A stretch of 64,000 nt of DNA, from contig JBBRFQ010000001.1 in the NCBI GenBank assembly GCA_038224035.1, forward strand, positions 9,140 through 73,139. Direction: 5' to 3'. This DNA comes from Gemmatimonadales bacterium. Lineage in GTDB: Bacteria; Gemmatimonadota; Gemmatimonadetes; Gemmatimonadales; Gemmatimonadaceae. Of the stretch, positions 28,099 through 38,282 are shown one piece after another; position 1 is the first letter of the stretch; each line of letters begins with the position of its first letter. Position numbers and translations under genes: made by a program. A model generated the notes under the pieces. It saw only the letters and a list, made by a program, of their open reading frames with translations, ran no database searches and was not told where the DNA came from.

Positions 28099-28138
28099 AC
28101 AAACGGCCGCCGGAACACGTGTTCCGGCGGCCGTTTGT
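28099..28138. terminator. Axis hairpin: 40-nt perfect palindrome ACAAACGGCCGCCGGAACAC|GTGTTCCGGCGGCCGTTTGT, terminator-like, between the two tail-to-tail GNAT copies
   Basis: GC-rich stem flanked by an A-rich 5' and a T-rich 3' tract (TTTGTT), which looks like a bidirectional intrinsic terminator. The symmetry centre of the whole 56-kb palindrome lies between 28118 and 28119. Confidence 0.5.
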
Positions 28139-28690
28139 TCAGGAGTTGCCTCGTTCCGCCCAGTGTGTCGTGCGTTCGGCGCGACGTACCTGTCGACGCA
28201 TCGCAACGCGGTGACTGAGCCCGCGTGCGCCCTCTTGCTCCAGCGAGGCGCGCAACTCAGGCCCACATTCGTCATCGCCCAGCACCACAAATCCCTGCCG
28301 TTGATAAAACGGTGCGTTCCACGCGACATGCGAGAACGTGGTCAATGTCACCGCGTGGTGCCCGTGATGTTCCGCGACGAGCAACATATGTCGAAGCAAC
28401 GTCGCTCCCAAGCCACGGCGCGCGTGTTCCGGATGCACGGCCATTTCCGCAATGTGCAGTGTGTCGTCCACGACGTCGGCCAACAGAAAACCCACCGGTT
28501 GATCAGCTGAATCGACGGCGACCCACAACCGATCGTCGCGCTGGGCATCCTCAAATCGCTGTGCCGCGATGACCTCGTTCCGTAACAACTCCGGCAAGTC
28601 TTCAGTCGTAAACAGCGTCGCGGCAGCACGCTCGATTTCCGACAGCGCCGGAATGTGATGTGGAGCCGCGGGCTTGACGAGGTAGCTCAT
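28139..28690 (-). CDS. GNAT family N-acetyltransferase (mirror copy)
   Basis: Exact mirror of 27547..28098 with identical translation. Confidence 0.85.
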   Translation of the reverse strand: MSYLVKPAAPHHIPALSEIERAAATLFTTEDLPELLRNEVIAAQRFEDAQRDDRLWVAVDSADQPVGFLLADVVDDTLHIAEMAVHPEHARRGLGATLLRHMLLVAEHHGHHAVTLTTFSHVAWNAPFYQRQGFVVLGDDECGPELRASLEQEGARGLSHRVAMRRQVRRAERTTHWAERGNS

Positions 28691-28828
28691 TGCGTTGCCG
28701 CACCTGCGTGGAATGAAACTGTAGCTGGAGCCGGGAAGCCGGAACACGGATACTATTAAAGTATCGGGCCGGCCCGTCAAGCGGCTGGCTCAGCTGTGCC
28801 AACAGCACGTCGACCCAGGTCCATTTCG

Positions 28829-29413
28829 CTACGGTCTCGGCTTGGTGTAGATCTGCGAGCCCACGACGCCGCCAAGCACCGCACCGGCCACCGCGCCAAC
28901 AGCGCCACCCTTCACCTTGTCGCGCTGCGTGGCAATCCCGACCGCCGCGCCGGTGGCAGCACCGATGATCGCGCCCCGCTGCGTATTCCGCTCGGTGGCC
29001 TGACCGGCACCGGTTCCGCCACTCGTACCAGTGCCGGATCCTGAACGAACGGTGCCGGATCCCGACGGGGCGGGCGCCCGATACACAACCTGCTGCGGTG
29101 CGCGGGCGGGCGCAGGCTGTGGATAGCCGTAGGGCTGCGGCGGGTACGGCTGCGGGTACCCCGGCTGCGGGTACGGCGTTGGGTAGCCGTACGGCTGCGG
29201 CGGGTAACCCGGTGCATAGCCAGGCGGCGCGTAGCCCTGTGGATAGCCCATCTCCATGGGACTGACATACGCCGATCGCAGGCCGGGCGCGGTGGAGGCC
29301 ATGGCGAGATCCGACTGGAGTGCGGCGTCAAGGGCGCGAGTGTCGCGGCCGCCGCACGCGGTGACGGCAACAACTGACGCTAGCAGCGCAAACGTTAACG
29401 AAGAAGTAGCCAT
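28829..29413 (-). CDS. Pro/Tyr/Gly-rich glycine-zipper lipoprotein (mirror copy)
   Basis: Exact mirror of 26824..27408. Confidence 0.6.
   Translation of the reverse strand: MATSSLTFALLASVVAVTACGGRDTRALDAALQSDLAMASTAPGLRSAYVSPMEMGYPQGYAPPGYAPGYPPQPYGYPTPYPQPGYPQPYPPQPYGYPQPAPARAPQQVVYRAPAPSGSGTVRSGSGTGTSGGTGAGQATERNTQRGAIIGAATGAAVGIATQRDKVKGGAVGAVAGAVLGGVVGSQIYTKPRP
29111..29248 (-). repeat. PY-rich in-frame tandem repeat block (mirror copy)
   Basis: Exact mirror of 26989..27126. Confidence 0.6.
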
Positions 29414-29661
29414 GGTGCACCTCGGAAAGAAGATCGTGCCGCTGACCACGCAGGCCAGCGTTACCCACTGACAGAGCACAAGCCGTGCCACCGCGAATCA
29501 CCCGTATCGGGAGGACGTGGCAGAGGAAACGTGCCGGGGGTCACCGAGCATTGTCCTTTTGTCGGCACATGACCCGTCCCGTCCTGCGGACACCGACAGC
29601 CCCGAACGTGTCCACGGTTTCGGGGGTATCTTCCGTGCTGTACTGATTCGCCCACGCAATT

Positions 29662-30246
29662 TTGCCCTTCATGGAGTCTTGTTCAATGCTTCGTTCCCGA
29701 TCGTTCCTGGCCGCAGCGGTGCTGATTGTCGCGCCCTCGCTTTTGCCGCTGCACGCGCAGGCGCCGGCAGCCTCGCTGCTCAGCGTTGGTGACATCGCGC
29801 CCGACTTCACACTGACGACCGTGACGCAGGCCGGACCCACCGCCAAGCCGTTCAAGCTCTCCGAGCATCGCGGGGAGACGGTGGTGTTGGCCTTTTTCCC
29901 GAAAGCCCGCACCAGCGGCTGCACCGCGCAGATGCACACGTACCGCGACAAGTACGAAAGCATGTTCCTCAACGGCAAGAACGTCACGCTGGTTGGTATC
30001 AGCACCGACAATGGCGCTGATCTCACGGCCTGGGCCAAGGATGATGGATTCCAGTTCGCGATGGGTGCGGACACCGACAAGAAAGTCGGCGCCCTCTACC
30101 ATGCGGCCACCGAAACAGGCTATCACAAGCGCTACCTGTACGTCATTGGTCCCGACGGCAAGATCAGCTACGCGACCAGCTTTCGCGCGATGGCGCAGGA
30201 CGCCTACGATGAACTCGACGTGGCGATCAAGAAAGTCGCGCGCTGA
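29662..30246 (+). CDS. Secreted peroxiredoxin (mirror copy)
   Basis: Exact mirror of 25991..26575. Confidence 0.8.
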   Translation: MPFMESCSMLRSRSFLAAAVLIVAPSLLPLHAQAPAASLLSVGDIAPDFTLTTVTQAGPTAKPFKLSEHRGETVVLAFFPKARTSGCTAQMHTYRDKYESMFLNGKNVTLVGISTDNGADLTAWAKDDGFQFAMGADTDKKVGALYHAATETGYHKRYLYVIGPDGKISYATSFRAMAQDAYDELDVAIKKVAR

Positions 30247-30255
30247 CGCACACTG

Positions 30256-31851
30256 ATGACAGATACACCGCACGCCCTGTTGACCGCACTGCATCGCGCG
30301 GCCATTCAGGGCGTGTCGCCGTTCCCGCGTGCACACGATCGTGCGCGCGATTGGCTTCAGACGCGTGGCACCGCATCGCCGGTGCACGTGTTTGCGCTCG
30401 GTAAGGCCGCCCCCGAGATGGCGACCGGAGCGCTCGGCGCGCTGCGGGAGGCCGGTACCCCGTTGGCCGGTGGCTTGGTGATCGCCGCGCACCGTCCGAA
30501 TGATTACGTGGGCGGACCGTTGCCACTCAGAGTAGGCGATCATCCTTTGCCCGACATCGGCTCCTTAGCGGCCGCCGATGCCATCGCGAACGCGATCGCC
30601 GAGATCAATGTCGATGATGACGTGTTGGTGCTGCTGTCCGGAGGCGCCACATCGCTGTGCGCCGCACCGTGTGCCGAACTCGTCGCGCTCGTCGGTCATC
30701 CGGCGGAGGCGCAGACGCACCTCGCGACTGCCATGCAGCAGATGATGGAGCGCGGACTGGCAATTCATCAGATGAATGCGATTCGGCGTCGACTCCTGCG
30801 ATGGGGCGGTGGCCGGCTCGCCACGGCCATCCATGCACGCGGCGCGCGCGCGACGCACGTCCTGGCTTTTTCCGACGTGATCGGCGACGATCCCGCGGTG
30901 ATCGGCTCGGGGCCCTGTACAGCCGATCCACTGCTTTACTCCACGGTGCTCGGATTATGTGACGCATTCGGACTGCGCTCGGCGTTTCCCGCGCCGATTG
31001 CGCGGGCGCTCGGCCTCGAAGGCAGCGATCATGTTGCCGTAATTCCACCGTCGCCCACACATCCGGCGTTCGAGCGCGTCACCTACGAGGTGATTGCCTG
31101 CAACGCCGAAGCGCAACAGGCCGCAGTACGCGCCGCGCTGAATGCCGGGATCGAGCACGCGGAGATGGTGGACTTGCCGCTTGAAGGCGAAGCCGAATCG
31201 CTCGGCGGAGCGATTGCGCAAGCCGCGCTCTCCGTGGCCCGACGTCACGCTGGCGCGGCACTCATGGTGTTCGGCGGTGAGCCTACTGTGGTCAATATGC
31301 ACGATGCGCGCCGTCTGTTCGGTGACGATGATGAAGAGCCACCAAACGACGCCTCGTCGACGGCCATCGCCGATGAGAATCCCCAGCGTGCATACGCGCG
31401 CTTGCTCACACCACCGCGGCCGGGTGATCCATCACGCGGTGAGGCGCCGCTCGGCGGGCGCATGCAAGCGCTCGCCCTGGCCGCCGCTCTGGTGCTCGAC
31501 GGCGCCGTCGAGACACGTGACGACGCGCAGCGCATCACGATACTCGCCGCCGGCACCGATGGACGCGACGGCCCGACGGATGCGGCGGGCGCCATCGTGG
31601 ATGCGAACTCCGCGCTGCTCATACGACGCGCCGGACGCGATCCGGCGCGCGATCTGCAGCGCCTGCGCAGCTACCGTGCGCTGGACGCGGCCAGCGCGCT
31701 ACTGCGCACCGGACCGACCGGCACGAATGTCATGGATATCGTGCTGGTCTTCCTTCGTGCCGACACGCCGCGCGACCGGATCTCGCGTTCACCTTCCGAC
31801 GACGAGTCGGCGTTCCTCTGGTGGCCGGGCCGAACTCCCGGTCGCGCTTGA
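30256..31851 (+). CDS. MOFRL-family glycerate kinase-like protein (mirror copy)
   Basis: Exact mirror of 24386..25981. Confidence 0.7.
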   Translation: MTDTPHALLTALHRAAIQGVSPFPRAHDRARDWLQTRGTASPVHVFALGKAAPEMATGALGALREAGTPLAGGLVIAAHRPNDYVGGPLPLRVGDHPLPDIGSLAAADAIANAIAEINVDDDVLVLLSGGATSLCAAPCAELVALVGHPAEAQTHLATAMQQMMERGLAIHQMNAIRRRLLRWGGGRLATAIHARGARATHVLAFSDVIGDDPAVIGSGPCTADPLLYSTVLGLCDAFGLRSAFPAPIARALGLEGSDHVAVIPPSPTHPAFERVTYEVIACNAEAQQAAVRAALNAGIEHAEMVDLPLEGEAESLGGAIAQAALSVARRHAGAALMVFGGEPTVVNMHDARRLFGDDDEEPPNDASSTAIADENPQRAYARLLTPPRPGDPSRGEAPLGGRMQALALAAALVLDGAVETRDDAQRITILAAGTDGRDGPTDAAGAIVDANSALLIRRAGRDPARDLQRLRSYRALDAASALLRTGPTGTNVMDIVLVFLRADTPRDRISRSPSDDESAFLWWPGRTPGRA

Positions 31852-32034
31852 CGCCAGCGTTCTCCGTTGCGTCGCGGCGGGGAAATCGACACAGCATGCG
31901 CTGACCGACGCGTTCGCCCGTCCTCCAAAACACGACGGCACTGTCATGTTTGCAATACGACGCGAACGTCATGTTGTGTTCAGTGGGTCTGAAGGGCGAT
32001 ATTCGCCGCAGCCCTCTCCCCCGTTCACCCCGGC

Positions 32035-32814
32035 ATGCCCACTCGTCCGCCCAAGCGTCCCCCCGCGCGCGACACCGTTCCCCGAGCGAGCGCTGAACGG
32101 CCCGCTGATGCACCCACGCGCGCCGACGAGCCCGACGCGACTTACCGCCGCAAACCCCGGCAGATCCGCGGCCAGCAGCGCGTTGACCTGCTGCTCGATG
32201 CGGCCGCTGAGGTGATCGCCGAGCACGGTCTCCATGCGGCCACCGCCGAAGCGATTGCGCTGCGAGCGCGCACGGCCAAAGGCTCGCTTTATCAATTCTT
32301 TCCGAATCGCGACGCCGTGGTGGCCGCGCTTGCCCTGCGATTCGCCGATGAACTCCGGAGAATCCACGAGAAGGCGTTTGCCACCGATCCGCGCGGAATG
32401 CCGCTTGATCGGCTCATCGATCGCATCGTACGACCGTTGGCTTCGTTTCACGACAGAAATCCGGCCTTTCGACGCGTGTTCATGACGGCGGATGCCCCCG
32501 TCGACTCGACCGGCGCGGCGCCCAATCGTATTCGAGCGCAGCTCTTCGACTCCATCGTCGATCGACTCGATTTGCTCTTCGCGGCTCGCAATCCGAAGCT
32601 GCCCGCCCGGGAGCGGCGGCGCGCCGCACTGGTCGCTGCATCGATTGGGCAGTCGTTGCTGGCGCGGCGCGACCGGGCCGCAAGCGCCGAAAAAAAACCG
32701 CTGCTTGACGACCTCCGCCGCGTGCTGTGGTGCTATCTCACGCCGCTGCTCGACCAGCCCGTTCCCGAGCCGGACGCGTTGCGAGCGCGTGTGGCGACGT
32801 CATCGAAGCAGTAG
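32035..32814 (+). CDS. TetR/AcrR family regulator (mirror copy)
   Basis: Exact mirror of 23423..24202. Confidence 0.85.
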   Translation: MPTRPPKRPPARDTVPRASAERPADAPTRADEPDATYRRKPRQIRGQQRVDLLLDAAAEVIAEHGLHAATAEAIALRARTAKGSLYQFFPNRDAVVAALALRFADELRRIHEKAFATDPRGMPLDRLIDRIVRPLASFHDRNPAFRRVFMTADAPVDSTGAAPNRIRAQLFDSIVDRLDLLFAARNPKLPARERRRAALVAASIGQSLLARRDRAASAEKKPLLDDLRRVLWCYLTPLLDQPVPEPDALRARVATSSKQ

Positions 32815-32925
32815 CGAGCTCCCGGATCGAAGCGGCAGACCTACCCCCAGCGTTTGCACTCGGCGAACTTTGATGATTGTCCTCGCGCCTGTCCGCGCGC
32901 CGCTTCGTCCCGAGCCCCACGCGCC

Positions 32926-33849
32926 ATGTCCCGACGCCCCGTGTCCGTCGGTCTCATCCAGGAGACCGCCAGTGATGACCGTGCTGCCAACCTTGCGCGT
33001 ACGATCACCCGCGTGCGTGAAGCTGCCGCGCGTGGTGCGCAGATCATTGCGATGCAGGAGCTGTTCAATGCACCGTACTTCTGCAAATCACTCAAGCTGG
33101 ACCGCTTTGATCTCGCCGAGCCGATTGCCGGTGACACCGTGCACGCGCTGCAGGCCGTCGCGAAAGAACTCGCCGTCGTACTCGTGGTGCCCATCTATGA
33201 GCGCCAGGCGGCCGGCCTGTATCGCAACTCGGCGTGCGTGATTGACGCGGACGGCGCGCTGCTCGGCACGTATCGCAAGATGCATATCCCGCATGACCCA
33301 CTCTTCGAAGAGAAATACTATTTCGCGCCGGGCGACGTGGGAGCTGACCTGCGCACCGATCGGCATCCGGGCATCAACGGCTTTCGCATGTGGCGTACGA
33401 AATACGCCGACATCGGCGTGCTCATTTGCTGGGATCAGTGGTTTCCCGAAGGCGCGCGCATCACGTCCCTGCTTGGCGCGGAGATTCTCTTCTATCCCAC
33501 GGCGATCGGTTGGCATCCAGCCGAAAAATCCACGTTCGGCACCCCGCAGGTCGACGCGTGGCGCACCATGCAGCGCTCGCACGCGATCGCCAATGGCGTG
33601 TTCGTGGCATCGCCCAATCGCGTGGGCTTCGAGGCCGAAGCCGGCACGGACGGCATTGAGTTTTTTGGTCAATCGTTCATCGCCGACCCGTTTGGTCGAT
33701 ACCTCGCCGAGGCGGGTACAGATCCGGCAGTGCTCGTCGCGGAGTGCGATCTCAACCTGATCGAAGAGACGCGCCGCAACTGGCCGTTTCTTCGGGATCG
33801 TCGCATCGATGCGTACGGCCCGATCCTTCAGCGCTGGCTCGGGGAGTAG
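32926..33849 (+). CDS. aguB: N-carbamoylputrescine amidase (mirror copy)
   Basis: Exact mirror of 22388..23311. The ATG at 32926 was verified in the sequence. Confidence 0.8.
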   Translation: MSRRPVSVGLIQETASDDRAANLARTITRVREAAARGAQIIAMQELFNAPYFCKSLKLDRFDLAEPIAGDTVHALQAVAKELAVVLVVPIYERQAAGLYRNSACVIDADGALLGTYRKMHIPHDPLFEEKYYFAPGDVGADLRTDRHPGINGFRMWRTKYADIGVLICWDQWFPEGARITSLLGAEILFYPTAIGWHPAEKSTFGTPQVDAWRTMQRSHAIANGVFVASPNRVGFEAEAGTDGIEFFGQSFIADPFGRYLAEAGTDPAVLVAECDLNLIEETRRNWPFLRDRRIDAYGPILQRWLGE

Positions 33850-33858
33850 ACGCACGCC

Positions 33859-34956
33859 ATGACACCAATCGAGACGCTGCCCACTCCGGACGTCATCAAT
33901 CCGCGTGGCGTGTGGCGAATGCCCGCTGAGTGGGAGCCACATGACGCCACGTGGATTGCGTGGCCGCATCATGAGCCCGACTGGCCCGGCAAGTTCGAGC
34001 CGATCCCCTGGGTGTACGCGGAAATCGTGCGGGCGATCTCGGGTAGTGAGCTCGTGGACATCGTGTGCCACGATGATGCCGTGCGCGAAGACGCCGCAGC
34101 GTGCCTCGACATGCACGCCGTGCCGCCCGACACGTATCGCCTGCACCGTGCGCCTACCGATCGCGTCTGGCTGCGCGATAGCGGGCCCACGGGCGTGCAG
34201 GATCCACTCGGGCTCGTCTCGCTGATGCGCTGGGACTTCAACGCCTGGGCCAAGTACGACAATTTCGAGCACGACCGTCGCATTCCGGACATCGTACACA
34301 CGGTGAGCGGCTTGCCGCTGGTGCAGGCGACGCGCCCGGATACCGGCGCACCGCTCGTGCTTGAGGGCGGCGGGATTGAAACAGACGGACTCGGCACCCT
34401 GCTGGTGACGGAAGAGTGGCTGCTCTCTGATGTGCAGGTGCGCAATCCCGGACTCGGGCGAGCCGACTACGAGCGCGTCTTCGCCGATACCCTTGGCATC
34501 TCGCATACGATTTGGCTCGGTGAAGGGTGCGTGGGTGACGACACGCACGGCCACGTGGACGACATCGCGCGGTTTGTGGCGCCGGGACTCATCGTGCTCG
34601 CGCACGAAGAAGATCCCGCGGACGACAATCATCGCCGATCGCTCGACAACCTGCAGCGACTGCAGCACGCACGCGACGCACGCGGGGAGCCAGTGCGCGT
34701 GGTCACGCTCCCCTATCCGCGCGCCGTGGTCATGGATGGACAGCGATTGCCGGCGAGTTACGCAAACTTTTACATCGCGAACGGCGTAGTACTCGTACCG
34801 ACGTTCAATGACCCGAACGATCGATTGGCGCTCAATATCCTCGCTGATCTGTTCCCGACACGACGCGTAGTGGGCATTCACGCTGTCGATCTCGTCTGGG
34901 GGCTCGGAACGTTGCATTGTCTCACGCAGCAACAGCCGTCTGCCCGCACGCCGTGA
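33859..34956 (+). CDS. aguA: Agmatine deiminase (mirror copy)
   Basis: Exact mirror of 21281..22378. Confidence 0.85.
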   Translation: MTPIETLPTPDVINPRGVWRMPAEWEPHDATWIAWPHHEPDWPGKFEPIPWVYAEIVRAISGSELVDIVCHDDAVREDAAACLDMHAVPPDTYRLHRAPTDRVWLRDSGPTGVQDPLGLVSLMRWDFNAWAKYDNFEHDRRIPDIVHTVSGLPLVQATRPDTGAPLVLEGGGIETDGLGTLLVTEEWLLSDVQVRNPGLGRADYERVFADTLGISHTIWLGEGCVGDDTHGHVDDIARFVAPGLIVLAHEEDPADDNHRRSLDNLQRLQHARDARGEPVRVVTLPYPRAVVMDGQRLPASYANFYIANGVVLVPTFNDPNDRLALNILADLFPTRRVVGIHAVDLVWGLGTLHCLTQQQPSARTP

Positions 34957-34964
34957 CTCAGAAG

Positions 34965-35555
34965 ATGCCCGACGAACCGAACAACTCGACCTCGACACCG
35001 AACGGTGCTGCCACGGCCATGCGCGCGCCCGGAAGCGTCGAGTTCGAGGAACGGCTCGGCGCATTCATCGGGCCGCGCTGGGAGCGATCGTATCGCCAGA
35101 AGCTGGCGGTGTTTGTCGACGATTCGTCGTTCGTTCCCACCTGGAACTGGTCGGCATTTTTTGCGATGCCGTTCTGGTTTCTCTATCGCAAGATGTACGT
35201 GTGGTTTGCGGCGTTTTACTTCATCCCCAATGCGCTGCTGGAATGGCTCGTGCCAGGCGCACGATCAATCGCACCCGAGGAGTTGGCCAAACCGGAGAAT
35301 CAGCAGGCAGCATTGATGATTCTGGCCGTGCAACTTGCCGCGTGTCTTGCCGCCGGCGGCATCGGTAACTGGCTCCTGTTCAGACGCGCACGCACGGCGA
35401 TTCGGGTGGTTGGGATGCAACCGATGTCCGCGGCCGAATCGTTGCAGTTGCTGCGCCGGGTAGGTGGCACGAGCGGCATGCTCACCTATGTGCTGGTCGG
35501 CGTGATTGTCGCGCTCGGGTTCGCGAGCGTGATGGGCACGATGGCGCCGCGCTGA
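34965..35555 (+). CDS. DUF2628-like membrane protein (mirror copy)
   Basis: Exact mirror of 20682..21272. The ATG at 34965 was verified. Confidence 0.65.
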   Translation: MPDEPNNSTSTPNGAATAMRAPGSVEFEERLGAFIGPRWERSYRQKLAVFVDDSSFVPTWNWSAFFAMPFWFLYRKMYVWFAAFYFIPNALLEWLVPGARSIAPEELAKPENQQAALMILAVQLAACLAAGGIGNWLLFRRARTAIRVVGMQPMSAAESLQLLRRVGGTSGMLTYVLVGVIVALGFASVMGTMAPR

Positions 35556-35568
35556 GCCAACCCGATCC

Positions 35569-35596
35569 CGGTGCGCGGCGCACACGCCACGCACCG
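35569..35596. terminator. GC-rich hairpin between convergent genes (mirror copy)
   Basis: Exact mirror of 20641..20668. Confidence 0.35.
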
Positions 35597-35607
35597 AGCC
35601 CCACCTG

Positions 35608-37458
35608 CTATCGCGATCCGCGCACGGTGAACAACTGCGACGTGCTGTCCACACTCGTGGCGCCCTGCAGTTTCACCGTGAGCCGATACTCGCCCGGCGG
35701 TACTTCGGGCCACGTAAACGTGATCGCGCGCCCCGGTAATCCGTCCGGACGCCCCGCGTCGCGAAAGCTGATCGCCACTGGTGTCATCGCACGGGACAGC
35801 CGCAGGGCGTTCCCGATGCGCTGCGTGAAACTCGAGCTCGTACGCGTGGCGCGAACCGTCACCTGCAGTGGAGCGGCTGGAGATACGGGCACATACGTTT
35901 CCCAGTACAAGCCAAATGAGCGCCCCGGCTCAATATCGTTGCTGCCCCACGCGCGAGCAGACACGCTCTCGAGCGTTGGCGTCGCACCGGCGTCACCACC
36001 GGCGAGCAGCAACATGTCGCTCACGGCCGCATTGCTGCCGAGCGGTTGCACCGCAGTACGCACGCGCGTCGCGCGCTTCGCACTCGGCGCAATCACTTCG
36101 AGCGAGACCAGGCGTGGCGTGCGCCCCAGTGTTGCAATCACCGCGCCGTTGGCTCCCGCGCTGTCCTTCGTCTGACGCGCAATTACGTGTCCTGAGTCGT
36201 CGGCCACGAAAAGGCCGACGTTGTACGGCGCCGGACCCATGCGCTGCTCACGCATCAAGCGCCACGCACCCGCGATCACGGTGGAGTCGCCGCGACGGAA
36301 ACGTGCAATCTGGTGAGGCAGTGGCGCGAATCCGGTTGCGTAGCGCGTTGCATATCGCATGCGCGCGTCTTCACGAGCCGGATCCCAATCGGCGGCGGTG
36401 GCCGTTGAGGGCGACATCAAGGCCTTCTCGCTCGGTATGAAATCGTAGCTCGGCGTTGGCTCATGGCCGATTATGCTCGGCAGACGCGGATCGAGTGCGC
36501 CCGCCGTCTGCATGGACCACGCAGTCGGCCAACCGTAGCGCACCTGAATTGCCGGAATCGAGCCGTCGAAGCTCATGTCGTAAGGAATCCGACCCTGTCC
36601 GTGCACGAGAGAGATCAGGTGACGCGAGAAGAGCTCATTGCGCAGATCATTGGCGGGCAACAACCACAGTGGCTGTGACATTCGCAAGATGCGACCGTTG
36701 TCTGCAGCCCGCTGCGTGCACCCTTTCGAGCGATAGGCCTCGTGCATCGACGTGGGCAGCCACGGCGTCAGATCGGTCCACTCACAACGCGTGGATTCCG
36801 ACATCGACGCCAACGCGCGATCAAAGGCGGACGATGCGTCAACATGTTGATCCATTACGTGCAACGCCAACCCGCGCAGCGCATCACACCACCACGCCGT
36901 CCCACCGCACTCCCTCGCCGCAGCGAGCGCCATGGGAAGCTTTTGCTGCTCAAGCGCGTATCGCACGCGCATGCCCGCCACCCAGTCGTCGGCCGGATCC
37001 GCACTCGCGGCCTGCGCAAGCGTTTCGAGCAGACGATCACGCTCGATGATCAGATCGGTGCGTTCCGCCGGGGGCGGCACGTCCCCATTGTTGTTCCAGT
37101 AGCAGAGGTTCCCGATCTGCACTTCGCACGAGGCGTTCGCACCACCGTTATAGAAGCGCAAGCCCGCTCGGCGGTTGCGTTCAAACGCATCCTGCGCGGT
37201 GCGAGCCGCCGATCCCTGGGCGCTCACCGCTCGACTCACGCCCGTGGCGCTACGAGTCTGATCGACCGTCAGCGAATCGAAGCGCGGCGGTGGGGGGGGC
37301 TGCTCGCCACCCGCTTGCGCGTGTAAAGGGTGGAGCGTGAACGCGCTCATGATAATTGCGCCGACAACGACGCAGCGAGCGGCAACACACGACACACGGC
37401 CTGAATGAGCGGCCGACAACAGAGCGAATCGCACGAAAGGCATCTCGATGGAGGTCAC
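35608..37458 (-). CDS. Hypothetical secreted 616-aa protein (mirror copy)
   Basis: Exact mirror of 18779..20629. Confidence 0.5.
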   Translation of the reverse strand: MTSIEMPFVRFALLSAAHSGRVSCVAARCVVVGAIIMSAFTLHPLHAQAGGEQPPPPPRFDSLTVDQTRSATGVSRAVSAQGSAARTAQDAFERNRRAGLRFYNGGANASCEVQIGNLCYWNNNGDVPPPAERTDLIIERDRLLETLAQAASADPADDWVAGMRVRYALEQQKLPMALAAARECGGTAWWCDALRGLALHVMDQHVDASSAFDRALASMSESTRCEWTDLTPWLPTSMHEAYRSKGCTQRAADNGRILRMSQPLWLLPANDLRNELFSRHLISLVHGQGRIPYDMSFDGSIPAIQVRYGWPTAWSMQTAGALDPRLPSIIGHEPTPSYDFIPSEKALMSPSTATAADWDPAREDARMRYATRYATGFAPLPHQIARFRRGDSTVIAGAWRLMREQRMGPAPYNVGLFVADDSGHVIARQTKDSAGANGAVIATLGRTPRLVSLEVIAPSAKRATRVRTAVQPLGSNAAVSDMLLLAGGDAGATPTLESVSARAWGSNDIEPGRSFGLYWETYVPVSPAAPLQVTVRATRTSSSFTQRIGNALRLSRAMTPVAISFRDAGRPDGLPGRAITFTWPEVPPGEYRLTVKLQGATSVDSTSQLFTVRGSR

Positions 37459-37562
37459 GAGTAGACGGGCCAGCCAGCGGGTGGCGGAATGGAATGCCGA
37501 GCCGGACCCGCAACGGGACCGACCCGGCGCCCATCCCTTGTGCCTAGTCTAACGCCGACCGG

Positions 37563-38282
37563 CTAGAAGGCGAGCTTCACACCTGCACTCAAGGCCCAGT
37601 TATGCGACAGGTTCCCGCGCGTTCCAATGCCAATCGCTTCCTGGGTGTCGAAGCGCCCGATGTAGTCCTTCGCCTGAACGCGCAGGGCGATTTTCCGGGA
37701 CAACCCGACATCCACACCTACACCCGCCGAGTACATGAGGTTCGTGGACTGCGTCGAGAACACGCGGCTGCTCAAATTGTTCGTCATGCCGCCCACCCCG
37801 CCCTGCACGAACGGAGCGAGACCCGTGCCTCCGCGCGGCAGTCCACCCAGTTCGAGTCCCGCGTCATACACCCATAACTTGTTCGTACCCACGTTGAGGC
37901 CACCGAGGAACGGCACCCCGACCCGCACGTCACCTGAGGCGTAGCCCACGTTTCCCGTCAGCGACAACCCCGCCACCAGCGGGATGGAGAGCTGTGCGCC
38001 AATCATCGGCGTATTCGCCGTCGAGAGCGAGGTGCCAACGGGGCCGTCGTACCACTGTCCCGTGACGAGATAACCGGCGTACGGCGTGACAGAGCCTCCG
38101 AGGCCCAACGTCTGGGCGCCGCCCGAGATCAGCGGCAGTGAAAGCAGAAGCGCGGTGGTTGCCATACCCGCCGCCAGCCGCAGCTTGACGGACGCAAAAT
38201 GGGAGTCTGCAGTGACGACGGGTAGGCTGACCACGGAAGCGCGAGCGTTGCGAACAAGAGCAGAGTTCATGTTCCCCTCCAT
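37563..38282 (-). CDS. Outer-membrane beta-barrel protein (mirror copy)
   Basis: Exact mirror of 17955..18674. Confidence 0.55.
   Translation of the reverse strand: MEGNMNSALVRNARASVVSLPVVTADSHFASVKLRLAAGMATTALLLSLPLISGGAQTLGLGGSVTPYAGYLVTGQWYDGPVGTSLSTANTPMIGAQLSIPLVAGLSLTGNVGYASGDVRVGVPFLGGLNVGTNKLWVYDAGLELGGLPRGGTGLAPFVQGGVGGMTNNLSSRVFSTQSTNLMYSAGVGVDVGLSRKIALRVQAKDYIGRFDTQEAIGIGTRGNLSHNWALSAGVKLAF

Larger units (their letters stand above)
1..28118. repeat. Left arm of a perfect spacer-less palindrome (28,118 bp within the window)
   Basis: It is the reverse complement of 28119..56236 under x -> 56237-x. Every ORF in the track recurs with identical translation on the opposite strand. Nucleotide identity was hand-checked at 1-60, 14101-14160, 20641-20700 and 28081-28156 with no mismatch. 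Confidence 0.97.

Noticed and set aside
28099-28138. A hairpin telomere of a linear replicon as the primary explanation of the axis.
   Set aside because: It is kept only as a minor alternative. A complete gene ends 20 nt from the would-be tip. No telomere resolvase, partition or replication genes are in the window. The gene content looks chromosomal.
27727-28510. Two identical 200-aa ORFs (27908..28510 + and 27727..28329 -) that read straight across the palindrome axis.
   Set aside because: They are out of frame with, or antisense to, the GNAT gene copies. They are Arg/Cys/His-rich with no motif. They exist as a pair only because of the symmetry, so they are shadow ORFs rather than a junction-created gene.
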